A stretch of DNA of 64,000 nucleotides from an uncultured Lachnospiraceae bacterium (GCA_947172645.1 CAMWBY010000015.1:22720-86719), one strand, 5' to 3'; positions 1 to 10,878 are shown, numbered from the stretch's first letter. Translations and numbers: made by a program. The notes: a model not told the origin generated them from the sequence alone.

Positions 1-12
1 TCTTGTCTTCAT
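1..12 (-). CDS. First 4 codons (MKTR) of a gene running off the left edge. By position it may be the response-regulator partner of the adjacent kinase.
   Basis: ATG at 12..10 (minus) is preceded by GGAGG (complement of 18..22) with a 5-nt spacer, 76 nt downstream of the kinase stop. The product itself is not visible. Confidence 0.3.
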
Positions 13-88
13 ATAATCCTCCATCCATGAGATATTATTTATAAATATACCTAATTTTTCACATATAAAATAAAAAACATTATAAAAA

Positions 89-1063
89 TTATATTTTGGG
101 AACAGTAATCTCAATAGAGGTTCCGGATAAAGCTTCAATATGAATCGTACCTCCTAAAAACATGACCCTTTCTTTAATAACGGATAAGCCAAAATGTTTT
201 TCCTTTTTCATAGCTTCATCTAAATCAAAACCCGAACCATTATCCTTTATATTCAACCAATACTCATCATCACGTTCTTTTAAAATAACAGTGATTTCAT
301 TTCCGCCCGAATGTTTAATAGAGTTTTGAATACATTCTTGGATAATACGATACATTGAAATAAATAATATTTTCATTGAAGAATCAGATTCTTCAATAAT
401 AATCTGGTCTATATCCTTCACTATATGAAAATGATGTTCCGCATTTAAGACATTAATTAATTTATCTATCGTCTCGGGTAATCCAAGGTCATCGACCGAC
501 ATAGGCCGTAAATCAAAAATACTATTCCTAATTTCATCAATTACTTTACGGATACCTTTTTCAACCGTTGCAAGTTCCAACTTAGCACGTACAGGGTCTT
601 CATCAATATATAGAGAACTCAATTCAATTTTATGTACAAGATGGGTAAGATTCTGCAAAGATGTATCATGTAAATCCCTGGCGATTCTCTGTCTTTCTTT
701 TTCCTGCGCATCCAAAATAGACAATTGTTTCACGTGCAACATAGATGAATCTGATAAGATTTTTTCCAATCGAGACATCTTATCATTTTTCTTAGAAAAA
801 TTTTTTTCAAGCTCGTCACATTGCAAAATAAGTTTTTCTCTTTTTTTTCTATTTTCTTCAATTACATCACGATAAATATTTTCTGTTTTTCTAAGAAGAA
901 ATACACGTAAATCACTTTCCTCTTTATTGAGAAGACTATTAAGATAAGCATCTATCTCGACAATCTCATTTTTCATCTTATTTAAAATAGTAAGGTCAAC
1001 TGTCTGCTCTTCCTCCAATTCATTGTACATTGCTTGAATAATTTCATAGTTAGTCACATCCAT
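89..1063 (-). CDS. Cytoplasmic sensor histidine kinase, NarL/DegS type (HisKA_3 + HATPase_c), with no transmembrane segment
   Basis: H-box 'ARDLHDTSLQNL', a charged coiled-coil-like N-terminal half, ATPase motifs 'NSIKHS' and 'DNGSGF', and 'GLSVIKERVMFLGG'. No hydrophobic helices. Confidence 0.85.
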   Translation of the reverse strand: MDVTNYEIIQAMYNELEEEQTVDLTILNKMKNEIVEIDAYLNSLLNKEESDLRVFLLRKTENIYRDVIEENRKKREKLILQCDELEKNFSKKNDKMSRLEKILSDSSMLHVKQLSILDAQEKERQRIARDLHDTSLQNLTHLVHKIELSSLYIDEDPVRAKLELATVEKGIRKVIDEIRNSIFDLRPMSVDDLGLPETIDKLINVLNAEHHFHIVKDIDQIIIEESDSSMKILFISMYRIIQECIQNSIKHSGGNEITVILKERDDEYWLNIKDNGSGFDLDEAMKKEKHFGLSVIKERVMFLGGTIHIEALSGTSIEITVPKI

Positions 1064-1218
1064 AAGCTGTCTCCAATCACATTATATAGTCTAAACATCC
1101 TGTCATCGGTCAAATACAATGACAAAAATATAACGGGTGTTTTTCCATTAACTAAATCATATACCATATTTCGAATAAAGAAAAGCTATTTAAGAAAAAA
1201 TAATATAAATATATATAG

Positions 1219-1247
1219 TTGCATCCCTTATTGCAAAATGATATGAT
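1219..1247 (+). promoter_or_regulatory. Candidate sigma-A promoter for the alpha/beta hydrolase gene
   Basis: TTGCAT (1219..1224), 17 nt spacer, TATGAT (1242..1247), with TG in the extended -10 position. About 50 nt upstream of the ATG at 1298. Confidence 0.45.
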
Positions 1248-1297
1248 TATATATACAGAAAAAAGTAAAAACAAAATTGCAAGAATGGAGGATTAAC

Positions 1298-2260
1298 ATG
1301 AACAAAAAACTTACAACATCTATATTGCTATTAACTTCTTCCGTTTCAGCAATGCATATCATAAATAGAGTACACTCTTCCGTATGTACCTCAAAAGGTT
1401 TATTAACTAATTCGGAAAACCATTACTATGACTGGAGATTTGGAAAAATCAGATATCAGAAAAAAGGAAGCGGTACTCCTCTTCTTCTTATACATGATTT
1501 AACGATAGGAAGCTCTAACTATGAATATCACAAAATAATTAACAATCTCACAGAACAACACGAAATCTATTCTATAGATTTGCTAGGATATGGCCTATCA
1601 GATAAACCATCTATTACATATACGAATAATCTGTATGAACAGTTAATCAGTGACTTTATCAAAAATGTCATTGGAAGAAAAACATCTATTGTTGTAACAG
1701 GGGAGTCAGTTCCATTTGTAATTATGGCATGTCATAATTATCCGGAAATTATCAACAAATTAATATGTATTAATCCTCAAAGCCTATATTTACAAAACCA
1801 GATTCCATCTAAGCAAACCAAATTAATGAAATTATTTATTGAAACACCAATTATCGGAACTTTTACTTATCATGTGCTGACCAACAAACACACAATGGAA
1901 AAAATATTTAGAGAGCAATATTTTTCCAATCCGGAAGAAATAAAAGAGAGATATATCAAAAATTATCTGGAAGCGGCAAATATAAAAAATTATAATGCAA
2001 AATTTGCTTTTGCAAGCTATGTCGGAAAATATATGAATATGAGTATTCTCCATGAGTTAAAAGAAATCAATAACAGTATATTAATGATTGGAGGAGAAAA
2101 AGAAAAAGATATCGAAACCACTATAGAAAATTATAAATATTATAACGCTGCCATTGAAGATATATATATCCCAAATGCAAAACATCTCCCTCAATTAGAA
2201 ACGCCAGATGAAATTATAGAACAAATCAAAATTTTCTTATGCAGTCAAATACCCCGCTGA
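1298..2260 (+). CDS. Membrane-anchored alpha/beta-fold hydrolase
   Basis: ORF 1277..2260. The ATG at 1298 follows GGAGG (1287..1291). N-terminal hydrophobic helix, 'LLLIHD', nucleophile elbow 'TGESVP' (atypical last residue), C-terminal His motif 'AKHLPQLETP'. Confidence 0.8.
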   Translation: MNKKLTTSILLLTSSVSAMHIINRVHSSVCTSKGLLTNSENHYYDWRFGKIRYQKKGSGTPLLLIHDLTIGSSNYEYHKIINNLTEQHEIYSIDLLGYGLSDKPSITYTNNLYEQLISDFIKNVIGRKTSIVVTGESVPFVIMACHNYPEIINKLICINPQSLYLQNQIPSKQTKLMKLFIETPIIGTFTYHVLTNKHTMEKIFREQYFSNPEEIKERYIKNYLEAANIKNYNAKFAFASYVGKYMNMSILHELKEINNSILMIGGEKEKDIETTIENYKYYNAAIEDIYIPNAKHLPQLETPDEIIEQIKIFLCSQIPR

Positions 2261-2296
2261 AAGCAACGGGTCATCAAACTTAAAAATAATGTGAGA

Positions 2297-2336
2297 TGGA
2301 GAATGCCTGAAAAGCGGCATTCTCCACATTTTTTAT
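2297..2336. terminator. Rho-independent terminator between convergent genes
   Basis: Perfect 11-bp stem TGGAGAATGCC (2297..2307) / GGCATTCTCCA (2316..2326), 8-nt loop, then CATTTTTTAT. Sits between the hydrolase stop (2260) and the radical-SAM stop (2333). Confidence 0.75.
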
Positions 2337-4105
2337 ATTTTTATCACCATGCAGTTATTCGTCAATGGGTCACGCCTATCATATGAAAAAATAACAGAAA
2401 CAGGCTTATCAAAAATAAACTCAAAAACTTCCACGTGCAACATCTTTATCAAATCCCTATAAGTACAACCTCCTAATTGTGGAAGCAGCTCATGCGACTC
2501 TGATTCCCTGTGCAATATATCATGTATCATATCTTTATAAGATTCTAACGAAAATAAAAAAGAAGGTCTATTTTTCATATGCTCCCGAAGATATAAATCA
2601 TAAGCAATATACTCTCTCAACATAGCAGTCCGCCTGTCAACTATATTATTTTTACTCATCATAACAAGTCCTTCATTCAACTGGAAATCTATAGAATCAT
2701 TTATTTTATTAAAACTATTTCTATATTCTCCGCCACTCTTATCGATACATGCCATTCCAAATTCCAACAAAATCTCATATTTTTTGACACGGGAAGGCTG
2801 AACGCCGAACAAATCATGTTCTTCGTACCATGAAGCAAGCGAATCATACAAATCAAAGGGCGTATCAAAAAACAAATTTAAAAATGACATGGAATACCTA
2901 AACTGACCACTATTATAATAAATCTCCAATACTTCTTCTATCTTCTTTAAATGGCAAATATCCTCATAAGACATCCACTTTGTAGACAAGACTTCATAAG
3001 GAGGTAAACTTGTGTATACCAAATGATACGCCGGAGCATTTACGGCCATAGAAGAACCTTTCAAAACTTTAAGAAATCCTAACTGTAATTGTTCAGGATA
3101 AAGCTCATAAACATCATTAAAAGATTTACGGAATTTTTGAATATCTTCAAAAGGAAGGCCGGCAATCAAATCCAAATGAATATGAATATTATTCCAGGAA
3201 GAAATTTCTCTTACAATTTCAGAAACTTTTCTAAAATCCATCTTACGCCTAATCTCTTCAATTGTCTCCCGATTCGTCGACTGAACACCAATTTCCAACT
3301 GGACGGCTCCGGGACGCATCTGCCTTAACAAAAAAAGATACTCTTCATCCAAAAGGTCGGCGGCAATCTCAAAATGAAAATTTGTGACATTATTGTCATT
3401 TTCTAATATATACCGGAGAATAGGAATTGCATGGTCTTTCTTACAATTAAATGTCCTATCAACAAATTTAACTTGTGGAACATTGTTCTTTAAGAAAAAA
3501 TCCAATTCAGCGCACACCCGTTCCACTGACCGGAAATCCATTGTCTTATCAATCGAAGACAGGCAATAGCTACAAGAAAAAGGACAGCCGCGGCTGCTCT
3601 CATAATAAATAATCCTATGTTCAAAATCTTTCAAATCCTTATACCAGAATGGAATCTCATCAAGAGTCATCCTGAATGCACTGTTTCCATCAAGGACGAA
3701 AGGTAATTCGCTTTCCGTTCCATTTGCATAAGAAGAAATCATATGATAAAAAGAACCTTCACCCGGGCCAACCATAACGCCCCTCAATCTCCATTCTTCA
3801 ATCACTTTAAAAGCATCGTAAGAAACTTCTGGCCCTCCCGCCCATACATCAATATCAGGCATAATCTTATGTAGGTCGCATATCACCTCGCCAATCATAC
3901 TGCGGTTCCATATATAACAGGAAAAAGCAACCACATCAGGATGACTCTTATAAGTTTCACGTAAAATATAAGAAGCCTGCTGATTGATTGTAAATTCTAA
4001 AACCTTAACATATGGCTCATATTCACCCGCACAGGATTTTAAAGAAAAAACGGCAGGATTAGAGTGTATGTATTTGGCATTTATTGCAACAAGCAAAATA
4101 TTCAT
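2333..4105 (-). CDS. B12-binding-domain radical SAM protein with a DUF4080-like C-terminal region
   Basis: 'SRGCPFSCSYC' CxxxCxxC cluster motif after an N-terminal Rossmann-like (cobalamin-binding type) region. 590 aa. Starts 9 nt after the rsmG stop. Confidence 0.8.
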   Translation of the reverse strand: MNILLVAINAKYIHSNPAVFSLKSCAGEYEPYVKVLEFTINQQASYILRETYKSHPDVVAFSCYIWNRSMIGEVICDLHKIMPDIDVWAGGPEVSYDAFKVIEEWRLRGVMVGPGEGSFYHMISSYANGTESELPFVLDGNSAFRMTLDEIPFWYKDLKDFEHRIIYYESSRGCPFSCSYCLSSIDKTMDFRSVERVCAELDFFLKNNVPQVKFVDRTFNCKKDHAIPILRYILENDNNVTNFHFEIAADLLDEEYLFLLRQMRPGAVQLEIGVQSTNRETIEEIRRKMDFRKVSEIVREISSWNNIHIHLDLIAGLPFEDIQKFRKSFNDVYELYPEQLQLGFLKVLKGSSMAVNAPAYHLVYTSLPPYEVLSTKWMSYEDICHLKKIEEVLEIYYNSGQFRYSMSFLNLFFDTPFDLYDSLASWYEEHDLFGVQPSRVKKYEILLEFGMACIDKSGGEYRNSFNKINDSIDFQLNEGLVMMSKNNIVDRRTAMLREYIAYDLYLREHMKNRPSFLFSLESYKDMIHDILHRESESHELLPQLGGCTYRDLIKMLHVEVFEFIFDKPVSVIFSYDRRDPLTNNCMVIKI

Positions 4106-4114
4106 AAAAACCCC

Positions 4115-4891
4115 TTATTTTTTCTTACCTTCAATTTGATTCTCAAAACCTAACGGACTCTTACTCGCCACACCTGCTTTCCTGGGATACTTTTTCGGAG
4201 TCGCCCGGTGTTTTTTTGTCACAAAAAGATTACGGTAAATATCCGAATCCGGAAGCATAAAGGCAAACTGCTCCTCCACCTTTCCGCCTAAAATATTTAT
4301 CGCATATTCAGCGCTCTTCATCTCTTCCAAAATTTTTTCTGACTTATAAGAAATAAACTTCCCGCCAACCTTCACATAAGGCAGACAATATTCAGAAAGA
4401 GTAGAAAGATTTGCCACCGCACGGGACACGCACAAATCATATTTTTCTCTAAGCAAATCCGGCTTGGCATAATCCTCCGCACGTCCATGAACCGTATCAA
4501 TCTGTTCCAGTCCCAATGCGTCAATCACTTCATTCAAAAAAGTAACTCTTTTATTCAAAGAATCCATAAGGGTCATTTTCAAATTCGGATAAACAATCTT
4601 TAAAGGTATTCCCGGAAATCCTGCCCCTGTCCCAATATCAATGACAGAAATACCATTTTCCAAGTTCTTTACATCATATGCCTTCACAAGAGACAGACTG
4701 TCTATAAAATGCTTCTTCATCACTTCATCAAATTCCATAATGGCAGTCAAATTCATCACTTTATTTTTTTCAATCAGCATCTCATAATATAATATGAATT
4801 GTTCCGTCTGATAATCTGATAAAACAATATGAAGCTCGTCTAAATCCTTATAAAATTGTTCCAAATTATATTTCACTAATAAATTGTCCAA
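4115..4891 (-). CDS. rsmG: 16S rRNA (guanine527-N7)-methyltransferase RsmG (GidB)
   Basis: SAM motif 'IDIGTGAGFPGIPLKI', a basic C-terminal tail as in Firmicutes RsmG, and a conserved position after mnmG. Confidence 0.92.
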   Translation of the reverse strand: MDNLLVKYNLEQFYKDLDELHIVLSDYQTEQFILYYEMLIEKNKVMNLTAIMEFDEVMKKHFIDSLSLVKAYDVKNLENGISVIDIGTGAGFPGIPLKIVYPNLKMTLMDSLNKRVTFLNEVIDALGLEQIDTVHGRAEDYAKPDLLREKYDLCVSRAVANLSTLSEYCLPYVKVGGKFISYKSEKILEEMKSAEYAINILGGKVEEQFAFMLPDSDIYRNLFVTKKHRATPKKYPRKAGVASKSPLGFENQIEGKKK

Positions 4892-4936
4892 ACCAAACCC
4901 TCATACTCTCTTATTTTGAAAATATTAATAGATTGT

Positions 4937-6901
4937 CTAATCCTCATGATACGTCTTCTTATCTGAAAAATGTTCCAAATAAACTAACAACACGGAAATA
5001 TCCGCCGGAGAGACACCGGAAATCCTCGAAGCCTGTCCCACAGAGACCGGTTTATAAGCAATCAATTTCTGTCTCGCCTCTAACCGAAGAGAACTGATAT
5101 CGTTATAATCCAAATCAACAGGAATCCTCTTCTTCTCCATTTTCTTATACTGCTCTACCTGGCGAAGCTGCCTCTCAATATAACCCTCATATTTAATCTC
5201 AATTTCTACCTGTTCTATCACATCCGCCGGAAGAAAATTTCTACCGGAATCAATCTCCTGCAATATATTATAACTTAATTCCGGACGGCATATAAGCTCC
5301 GCCAGAGTCGCGGCAGTCTTTAATGTAGAACTTCCATGGGAAATAAGAAAATCCTGGTTCTCTTTTGCAGCTCCAACTACCGTATTCTTTAACCTTTCTA
5401 TTTCTTTTCTAATCAACTCTTTCTTACGAAGGGTAGACTCATACAATTCTCCTGAAACCAAACCAACCTCATAACCAATTTCACGCAACCTTAAATCGGC
5501 ATTATCCTGACGAAGCAAAAGACGGTACTCCGCCCTGGAAGTCATCATACGATAAGGCTCGAAATTTTCTTTCGTCACCAAATCATCAATCAACACCCCA
5601 ATATACGCCTGAGAACGGTCCAACACAATTGGCTTTTTACCTAAAATTGTCAAGGAAGCGTTTATTCCCGCTATCAGTCCTTGCGCCGCCGCTTCTTCAT
5701 AACCGCTGCTGCCATTAAACTGCCCGCCGCTAAACAAACCTTTAATATCCTTAAATTCTAACGTAGGGTATAATTGTCTTGGATTAATGCAATCATATTC
5801 AATAGCATATGCATTCCGGACAATCTTGCAGTTCTCCAATCCAGGAACAGTACGATACATGGCAAGCTGTACATCTTCCGGAAGAGAAGAAGACATTCCT
5901 CCCACATACATTTCATTGGTGTGAAGACCTTCAGGCTCAATAAAAACCTGATGTCTCTCCTTATCTGCAAATTTAACAACCTTATCTTCAATAGAAGGAC
6001 AATACCTGGGACCGGTTCCTTCTATAACGCCGGCATAAATCGGAGAACGGTCAAGATTTGCCCTGATAATCTCATGAGTCTTCTCATTGGTATATGTCAA
6101 CCAACAAGATACCTGGTCAATCTGGACATCATCAGGATTCGTAGAAAAAGAAAAAGGAATGACCCTCTCGTCCCCAAACTGCTCCTCCATCTTAGAATAA
6201 TCAATTGTACGGCCGTCCATCCTGGCAGGCGTACCGGTTTTAAATCTTCTCATCTCAATGCCAAGACTCTTAAGGGAATCCGTCAAATAATTGGCAGGCT
6301 GTAATCCATTAGGCCCTGTATAGGTAATCGCTTCCCCACAGAGACATCTTGCTTTCAGATATGTCCCCGTACATAAGATAACGGCCTGGCATTCATAGAA
6401 AGCACCCGTAAAAGTCTTGACGCCCGTAATTTTTTTCATAGCAATAGAATCGGAAGATTCAATAGAACCGTCATAATCCTCCGCCAAAATTTCACAGACT
6501 TCCGCCTGTTTCACTGTCAAATGTTCCTGATTCTCCAAAATGTTACGCATCTGTCTCGTATACTCGGCCTTATCAGCCTGTGCACGAAGAGAATGTACCG
6601 CAGGGCCTTTCGATTTATTCAACATCTTAGACTGGATAAAAGTCTTATCGATATTTTTACCCATCTCTCCGCCCAGAGCGTCAATCTCCCTCACCAAATG
6701 TCCCTTGGAAGTTCCGCCCACATTCGGATTACAGGGCATCAATGCAATACTGTCAACACTTACCGTAAAAATAATCGTCTCCAAACCCAGGCGCGCACAG
6801 GCAAGAGCCGCCTCACACCCTGCATGTCCTGCGCCAACAACACATACATCATATTTTTCCCTAATCTGATTTTTGTTTTCCATAGACATACCAATCCCCA
6901 T
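4937..6901 (-). CDS. mnmG: tRNA uridine 5-carboxymethylaminomethyl modification enzyme MnmG (GidA)
   Basis: FAD motif '[15 protein letters not shown]' and full-length GidA-like sequence. The true start may be the internal Met at 6889 or 6883. Confidence 0.95.
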   Translation of the reverse strand: MGIGMSMENKNQIREKYDVCVVGAGHAGCEAALACARLGLETIIFTVSVDSIALMPCNPNVGGTSKGHLVREIDALGGEMGKNIDKTFIQSKMLNKSKGPAVHSLRAQADKAEYTRQMRNILENQEHLTVKQAEVCEILAEDYDGSIESSDSIAMKKITGVKTFTGAFYECQAVILCTGTYLKARCLCGEAITYTGPNGLQPANYLTDSLKSLGIEMRRFKTGTPARMDGRTIDYSKMEEQFGDERVIPFSFSTNPDDVQIDQVSCWLTYTNEKTHEIIRANLDRSPIYAGVIEGTGPRYCPSIEDKVVKFADKERHQVFIEPEGLHTNEMYVGGMSSSLPEDVQLAMYRTVPGLENCKIVRNAYAIEYDCINPRQLYPTLEFKDIKGLFSGGQFNGSSGYEEAAAQGLIAGINASLTILGKKPIVLDRSQAYIGVLIDDLVTKENFEPYRMMTSRAEYRLLLRQDNADLRLREIGYEVGLVSGELYESTLRKKELIRKEIERLKNTVVGAAKENQDFLISHGSSTLKTAATLAELICRPELSYNILQEIDSGRNFLPADVIEQVEIEIKYEGYIERQLRQVEQYKKMEKKRIPVDLDYNDISSLRLEARQKLIAYKPVSVGQASRISGVSPADISVLLVYLEHFSDKKTYHED

Positions 6902-6917
6902 CTCAAATCAGCCCGCT

Positions 6918-8375
6918 TTATTTTCCCATACAGAATTTACTGAATATTTCATTCACCAAATCGTCTTCCACAGCTTCACCGATAATCAGCCCAAGCTTGC
7001 CATATGCATTCATCAAATCAATTGTATAAAAATCTTCCGGCATCTTGGATACAATGCTTTCCTTCACCTGGATAAGACTGCCATATGCTTCCTGCAAAGC
7101 CTCTTTATGGCGCACGTTCGTAATATACACTTCATCATTATAAACGATATCGCCATGAAAAAACATCTCTTTCACTGTCTTAACAAAAAGTTCTATTCCG
7201 TCTTTTTCCTTCGTGGATGTTCTGATAATCCTGTTTTTATATTTAACGTCACTTTGTTCTTCTCTCCTGTCTGGCAAATCCAATGATTCATCAAATTTCC
7301 GGGCGTCAGAAACTGCCATATAAACGCTCTCCTCCGTAATCTTAGGAGATAAGTCAGATTTGTTCAAAAGAATAAGAACATTCTTGTCTTTTATCATCTC
7401 TAAAATCTCTTTATCATTATCATCCAATGGGACAGAAGAATCTATAACATAGAGCACAAGGTCCGCTTCTTCCACAGCCTTCTTTGCCCGGTCAACACCT
7501 ATTTTTTCAACCACATCCTCGGTAAAACGGATGCCCGCCGTATCCAGTATACGGAATACAATGCCATCAATCGAAACTGTCTCTTCCAAAATATCCCTTG
7601 TAGTCCCTGCAATATCCGTCACGATGGCACGCTCTTCCCCCACAAGTTCATTTAATAAAGAAGATTTACCCGCATTTGGTTTACCGACAATCACAGTGCG
7701 GATTCCTTCGGAAAGAATTTTTCCATTATCGGCGGACTGGATGAGAGACTCTATACGTTTCTGCAATTGACTTATCATCAAGAGAAGTTTCTCTTGATAT
7801 CCTTCAGATTCCAAATCAAAATGCTCCGGGTCATCGAGAGCCGATTCGATAAAAGCAATTTCGTGGATTATCTCAGCCCTCATTTTTTTTATCATATCAG
7901 ATACAGAACCTTTTAGCTGCCTGACAGAAGATTGTAAAGAAAACTCATTCTTCGCATGGATAATATCCATGACTGCTTCAGCCTTAGATAAATCAATCCT
8001 CCCATTTAGAAAAGCACGTTTCGTAAATTCACCCGGCTCTGCAAGCCTTGCGCCCGCCCACATAACAAGTTCTAATATCTTCCGCATTATTAAAACGCCG
8101 CCATGGCAATTGATTTCCACTGTATCCTCCGCTGTATAACTCCTGGGAGCCTTCATCACAGATACCATAACTTCATCCACAATCTTTTCGTCTTCATCCA
8201 CGACGAAACCATAATGAATCGTATGGGAATGATACTTTGTTAAAATTCTATCGCCTTTCGCATTCCGATATATCCTGTCTACAATTATGACCGCGTCGTC
8301 ACCGCTGATGCGTACAATCCCTATTCCGGAATCAGACATCGCTGTGGCGATTGCCGCTATCGTATCTGTTTTCAT
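6918..8375 (-). CDS. mnmE: tRNA modification GTPase MnmE (TrmE)
   Basis: 'DTIAAIAT' N-terminus, G-domain 'GKPNAGKSSLLN', 'DTAG' and 'NKSD', and C-terminal 'CMGK'. The ORF extends to 8483, but the ATGs at 8375/8384 follow AAGGAG (complement of 8388..8393). Confidence 0.93.
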   Translation of the reverse strand: MKTDTIAAIATAMSDSGIGIVRISGDDAVIIVDRIYRNAKGDRILTKYHSHTIHYGFVVDEDEKIVDEVMVSVMKAPRSYTAEDTVEINCHGGVLIMRKILELVMWAGARLAEPGEFTKRAFLNGRIDLSKAEAVMDIIHAKNEFSLQSSVRQLKGSVSDMIKKMRAEIIHEIAFIESALDDPEHFDLESEGYQEKLLLMISQLQKRIESLIQSADNGKILSEGIRTVIVGKPNAGKSSLLNELVGEERAIVTDIAGTTRDILEETVSIDGIVFRILDTAGIRFTEDVVEKIGVDRAKKAVEEADLVLYVIDSSVPLDDNDKEILEMIKDKNVLILLNKSDLSPKITEESVYMAVSDARKFDESLDLPDRREEQSDVKYKNRIIRTSTKEKDGIELFVKTVKEMFFHGDIVYNDEVYITNVRHKEALQEAYGSLIQVKESIVSKMPEDFYTIDLMNAYGKLGLIIGEAVEDDLVNEIFSKFCMGK

Positions 8376-8581
8376 ACAAATCATATACTCCTTCCAAGCC
8401 AAATACCCCTCCACAAGTAAAGTTACCAACTCTAAATATAAAAGAAGCTGCCGAAAAATACAAGTCTCTACAAAATATAACAAATAATATATTGCAGAAT
8501 TGACGTATTTTTCGACAGCTTTTTCATCTGATAATCATGAAAGTATCATCTAATATACCATTCACTTGAAACAATCACAGA

Positions 8582-9223
8582 CTATCCGTTATTTCTCTCA
8601 TATCTCTTAAGGACTACCACAACATGCCTGTAAGGTTCATCACCCTCGCTGTGGGTTGTAACATATTTGTCATTCTGAAGTGCGGAATGAATAATTCTCC
8701 TCTCATAAGGATTCATAGGCTCCAAAGAAACCGGCCTCTTTGTTCTCTTAACTTTATAAGAAATATTCTTGGCAAGATTTTCGAGAGTCTCTCTTCTTCT
8801 CTGGCGATAATTTTCAGTATCAACCTTCACCCTGATATAGTTTTCAACATTCTTATTAACTACCAGGGAAACAAGATACTGAAGAGAATCCAAAGTCTGT
8901 CCTCTCTTACCAATCAGGACTCCCATCTCGTCGCCGCTCAACTCGATTTCCATAGAGCTATCCGCCTCATCGTACTTAACATCTACAACTACAATCAATC
9001 CCATCGCATCAAATACTTCTTTCAGAAAATCCCTGGCAGTATCTTCCACGGAGGATTTCACCCTTGCCTTAATAACAGCAGGCTTTGCACCGATGCCCAA
9101 AAAACCTGAAGAACCCTCTTCCAACACTTCATATTCCAATTTATCACTGGTCACAGTCAGCTTCTGACATGCTTCCGTAATCGCATCATTCACAGTTTTT
9201 GCAGATACCTGAATAAATTCCAT
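8582..9223 (-). CDS. jag: Jag/KhpB RNA-binding protein (Jag_N + KH + R3H)
   Basis: KH-like 'GVLIGKRGQTLDSLQYL' and R3H 'MNPYERRIIHSAL'. Conserved position between yidC and mnmE. Confidence 0.9.
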   Translation of the reverse strand: MEFIQVSAKTVNDAITEACQKLTVTSDKLEYEVLEEGSSGFLGIGAKPAVIKARVKSSVEDTARDFLKEVFDAMGLIVVVDVKYDEADSSMEIELSGDEMGVLIGKRGQTLDSLQYLVSLVVNKNVENYIRVKVDTENYRQRRRETLENLAKNISYKVKRTKRPVSLEPMNPYERRIIHSALQNDKYVTTHSEGDEPYRHVVVVLKRYERNNG

Positions 9224-9266
9224 AATCCATCAATCCTCCAATCAAATTTTTACGCGCAGCATTGAA

Positions 9267-10589
9267 TTATTTTTTATTATTCTTCTCATTATATTGTCTG
9301 ACCATAGTTGCCTTGGACATCATACTGCCAGGTTTCGCATTCTTGCTGTAATATTCCGTGGATTTCCTTACAGCCTCTTCTTTCTCCTGAGGCGTCATTC
9401 CTGAACGGGACTGTCCTGCAGAAACACTGTTCACTTTTTTTGTATTCATATTGGCATAAGAAGCCATCTGTTCCGCCCTCACGCCTGCCTTTTCCATTTT
9501 CTTCTTGGCTTTTTCTTCATTCTTCTTAATGACTTCATCCAAATCAATCTTATCAATATGTTTATTGATTACCACCTGCTGGATACTTCTGACAACCGCA
9601 CCGGCCACCCAGTAAAGTCCCAAACCTGCAGGCAATGTATAACAGAAGAAAGCTGACATAATCGGCATAAACATATTCATAGTCTTCATAGACTGCATCA
9701 TCGCGTTCTGCTGGTCATTGGCATTCTTCTTGCCATCCTGCTCTGTAGACTGCTGAGGCATCAGCTTAACATTAATCCACTGTGTCACCGCCGACAATAC
9801 CGGAATGGAAAGCGCCGCCACTACCATCAGGAAAGATTTAGACGCCCACGCTTCCTTCACAATAAAAGAAGGTGAATTTGCAATATTCAGACCTAAAAAA
9901 TTATTGTACTTATCTAACAATCCAAGAGTATGTTCTACATCAACCGCCAAAGACGGGAACTTGTCCTTGATGCTAAGCCATTCGGCGGAAGAAGCCTTAT
10001 TGAGTACGTCGATAAAAGTATTCTGCACATAAGAAGTCACACCGCCCGTAAAAGCCTCATTCTCAAATTGCTTGGCAAACATCCCCGCCTGACTGAAAGA
10101 CTGGACAAATTCCGAGCTTCCTGCCTGGGCAATCAAATTGTCAACAAGAGGAAAAAAAGCCTCCTTAATCTTACTTACATACGCCGGCATATTGGAAATA
10201 ACACGATACAAAGCAAAAAGAATCGGCATCTGTATTAAAAGCTGCACGCAGCTTCCGGTCGGAGAAACGCCGTATTTCGCATAGATAGCCTTCGTCTCCA
10301 TATTCATGGCCATCATGGAATCATTGTCATTCTTACCTTTATACTTAGCCTGGATTGCCTGAAGCTCAGGGTTCATCTTGGCAGAAAGTTTAGAAAACTT
10401 CTGTTGTTTAATCGTAAGCGGCATCATAATCAAATACATTACGATTGTAAACAATATAATAGCAAGTCCGATATTAGGGATGCCAACCTTGTCCAGCAGA
10501 TAGAAAATGCCTTCCATAATATATCCTAATAATTTGGCAATAGGCCCAAGTATTTTACCGGGATCCTGCGTTAATAACATATAAGACAC
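9267..10589 (-). CDS. yidC: YidC/Oxa1-family membrane protein insertase with a long basic C-terminal tail
   Basis: GTG start at 10589, 9 nt after AAGGAGG. Multi-pass core with 'PIMSAFFCYTLPAGLGLYWV' and a lysine-rich tail of roughly 100 aa. Confidence 0.9.
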   Translation of the reverse strand: MSYMLLTQDPGKILGPIAKLLGYIMEGIFYLLDKVGIPNIGLAIILFTIVMYLIMMPLTIKQQKFSKLSAKMNPELQAIQAKYKGKNDNDSMMAMNMETKAIYAKYGVSPTGSCVQLLIQMPILFALYRVISNMPAYVSKIKEAFFPLVDNLIAQAGSSEFVQSFSQAGMFAKQFENEAFTGGVTSYVQNTFIDVLNKASSAEWLSIKDKFPSLAVDVEHTLGLLDKYNNFLGLNIANSPSFIVKEAWASKSFLMVVAALSIPVLSAVTQWINVKLMPQQSTEQDGKKNANDQQNAMMQSMKTMNMFMPIMSAFFCYTLPAGLGLYWVAGAVVRSIQQVVINKHIDKIDLDEVIKKNEEKAKKKMEKAGVRAEQMASYANMNTKKVNSVSAGQSRSGMTPQEKEEAVRKSTEYYSKNAKPGSMMSKATMVRQYNEKNNKK

Positions 10590-10626
10590 ACCGGATTACC
10601 TCCTTGATTTTTCTTCTTACGCCCTG

Positions 10627-10878
10627 TTAAGGGACAGGGTCATAACCACCTTTTGAAAAAGGATTACATCTGCATATCCTCCATAAAGCTAAAAGTCCAC
10701 CCTTCAAAGCCCCATACTTTTCTACGGCTTCCAGTCCATATTCAGAACATGTAGGAAAATACGGACATTTCGTGCTTTTCATAGGAGAGATATATTTTCT
10801 ATAAAATTTAATAAGATAAATAAACAATTCTTTCATATCAATTTCTAACAAATTTGTCTTACAAATTTTCTTCATCAT
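10627..10878 (-). CDS. yidD: Membrane protein insertion efficiency factor YidD
   Basis: '[23 protein letters not shown]' signature. The start is ambiguous (10878 or the internal ATG at 10836); neither has a clear SD. Confidence 0.85.
   Translation of the reverse strand: MMKKICKTNLLEIDMKELFIYLIKFYRKYISPMKSTKCPYFPTCSEYGLEAVEKYGALKGGLLALWRICRCNPFSKGGYDPVP

Noticed and set aside
1034-1246. 70-aa plus-strand ORF in the kinase/hydrolase intergenic region, and the 67-aa ORF 23734..23937
   Set aside because: Very AT-rich, low-complexity translations with no SD. They overlap promoter regions.
5774-6943. Plus-strand ORFs of 109-176 aa (5774..6304, 6521..6943, 6540..6869) inside mnmG
   Set aside because: They lie antisense to a full-length, motif-complete mnmG. 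Their translations are Arg/Ser/Leu-rich with no recognisable motifs, so they are shadow ORFs.
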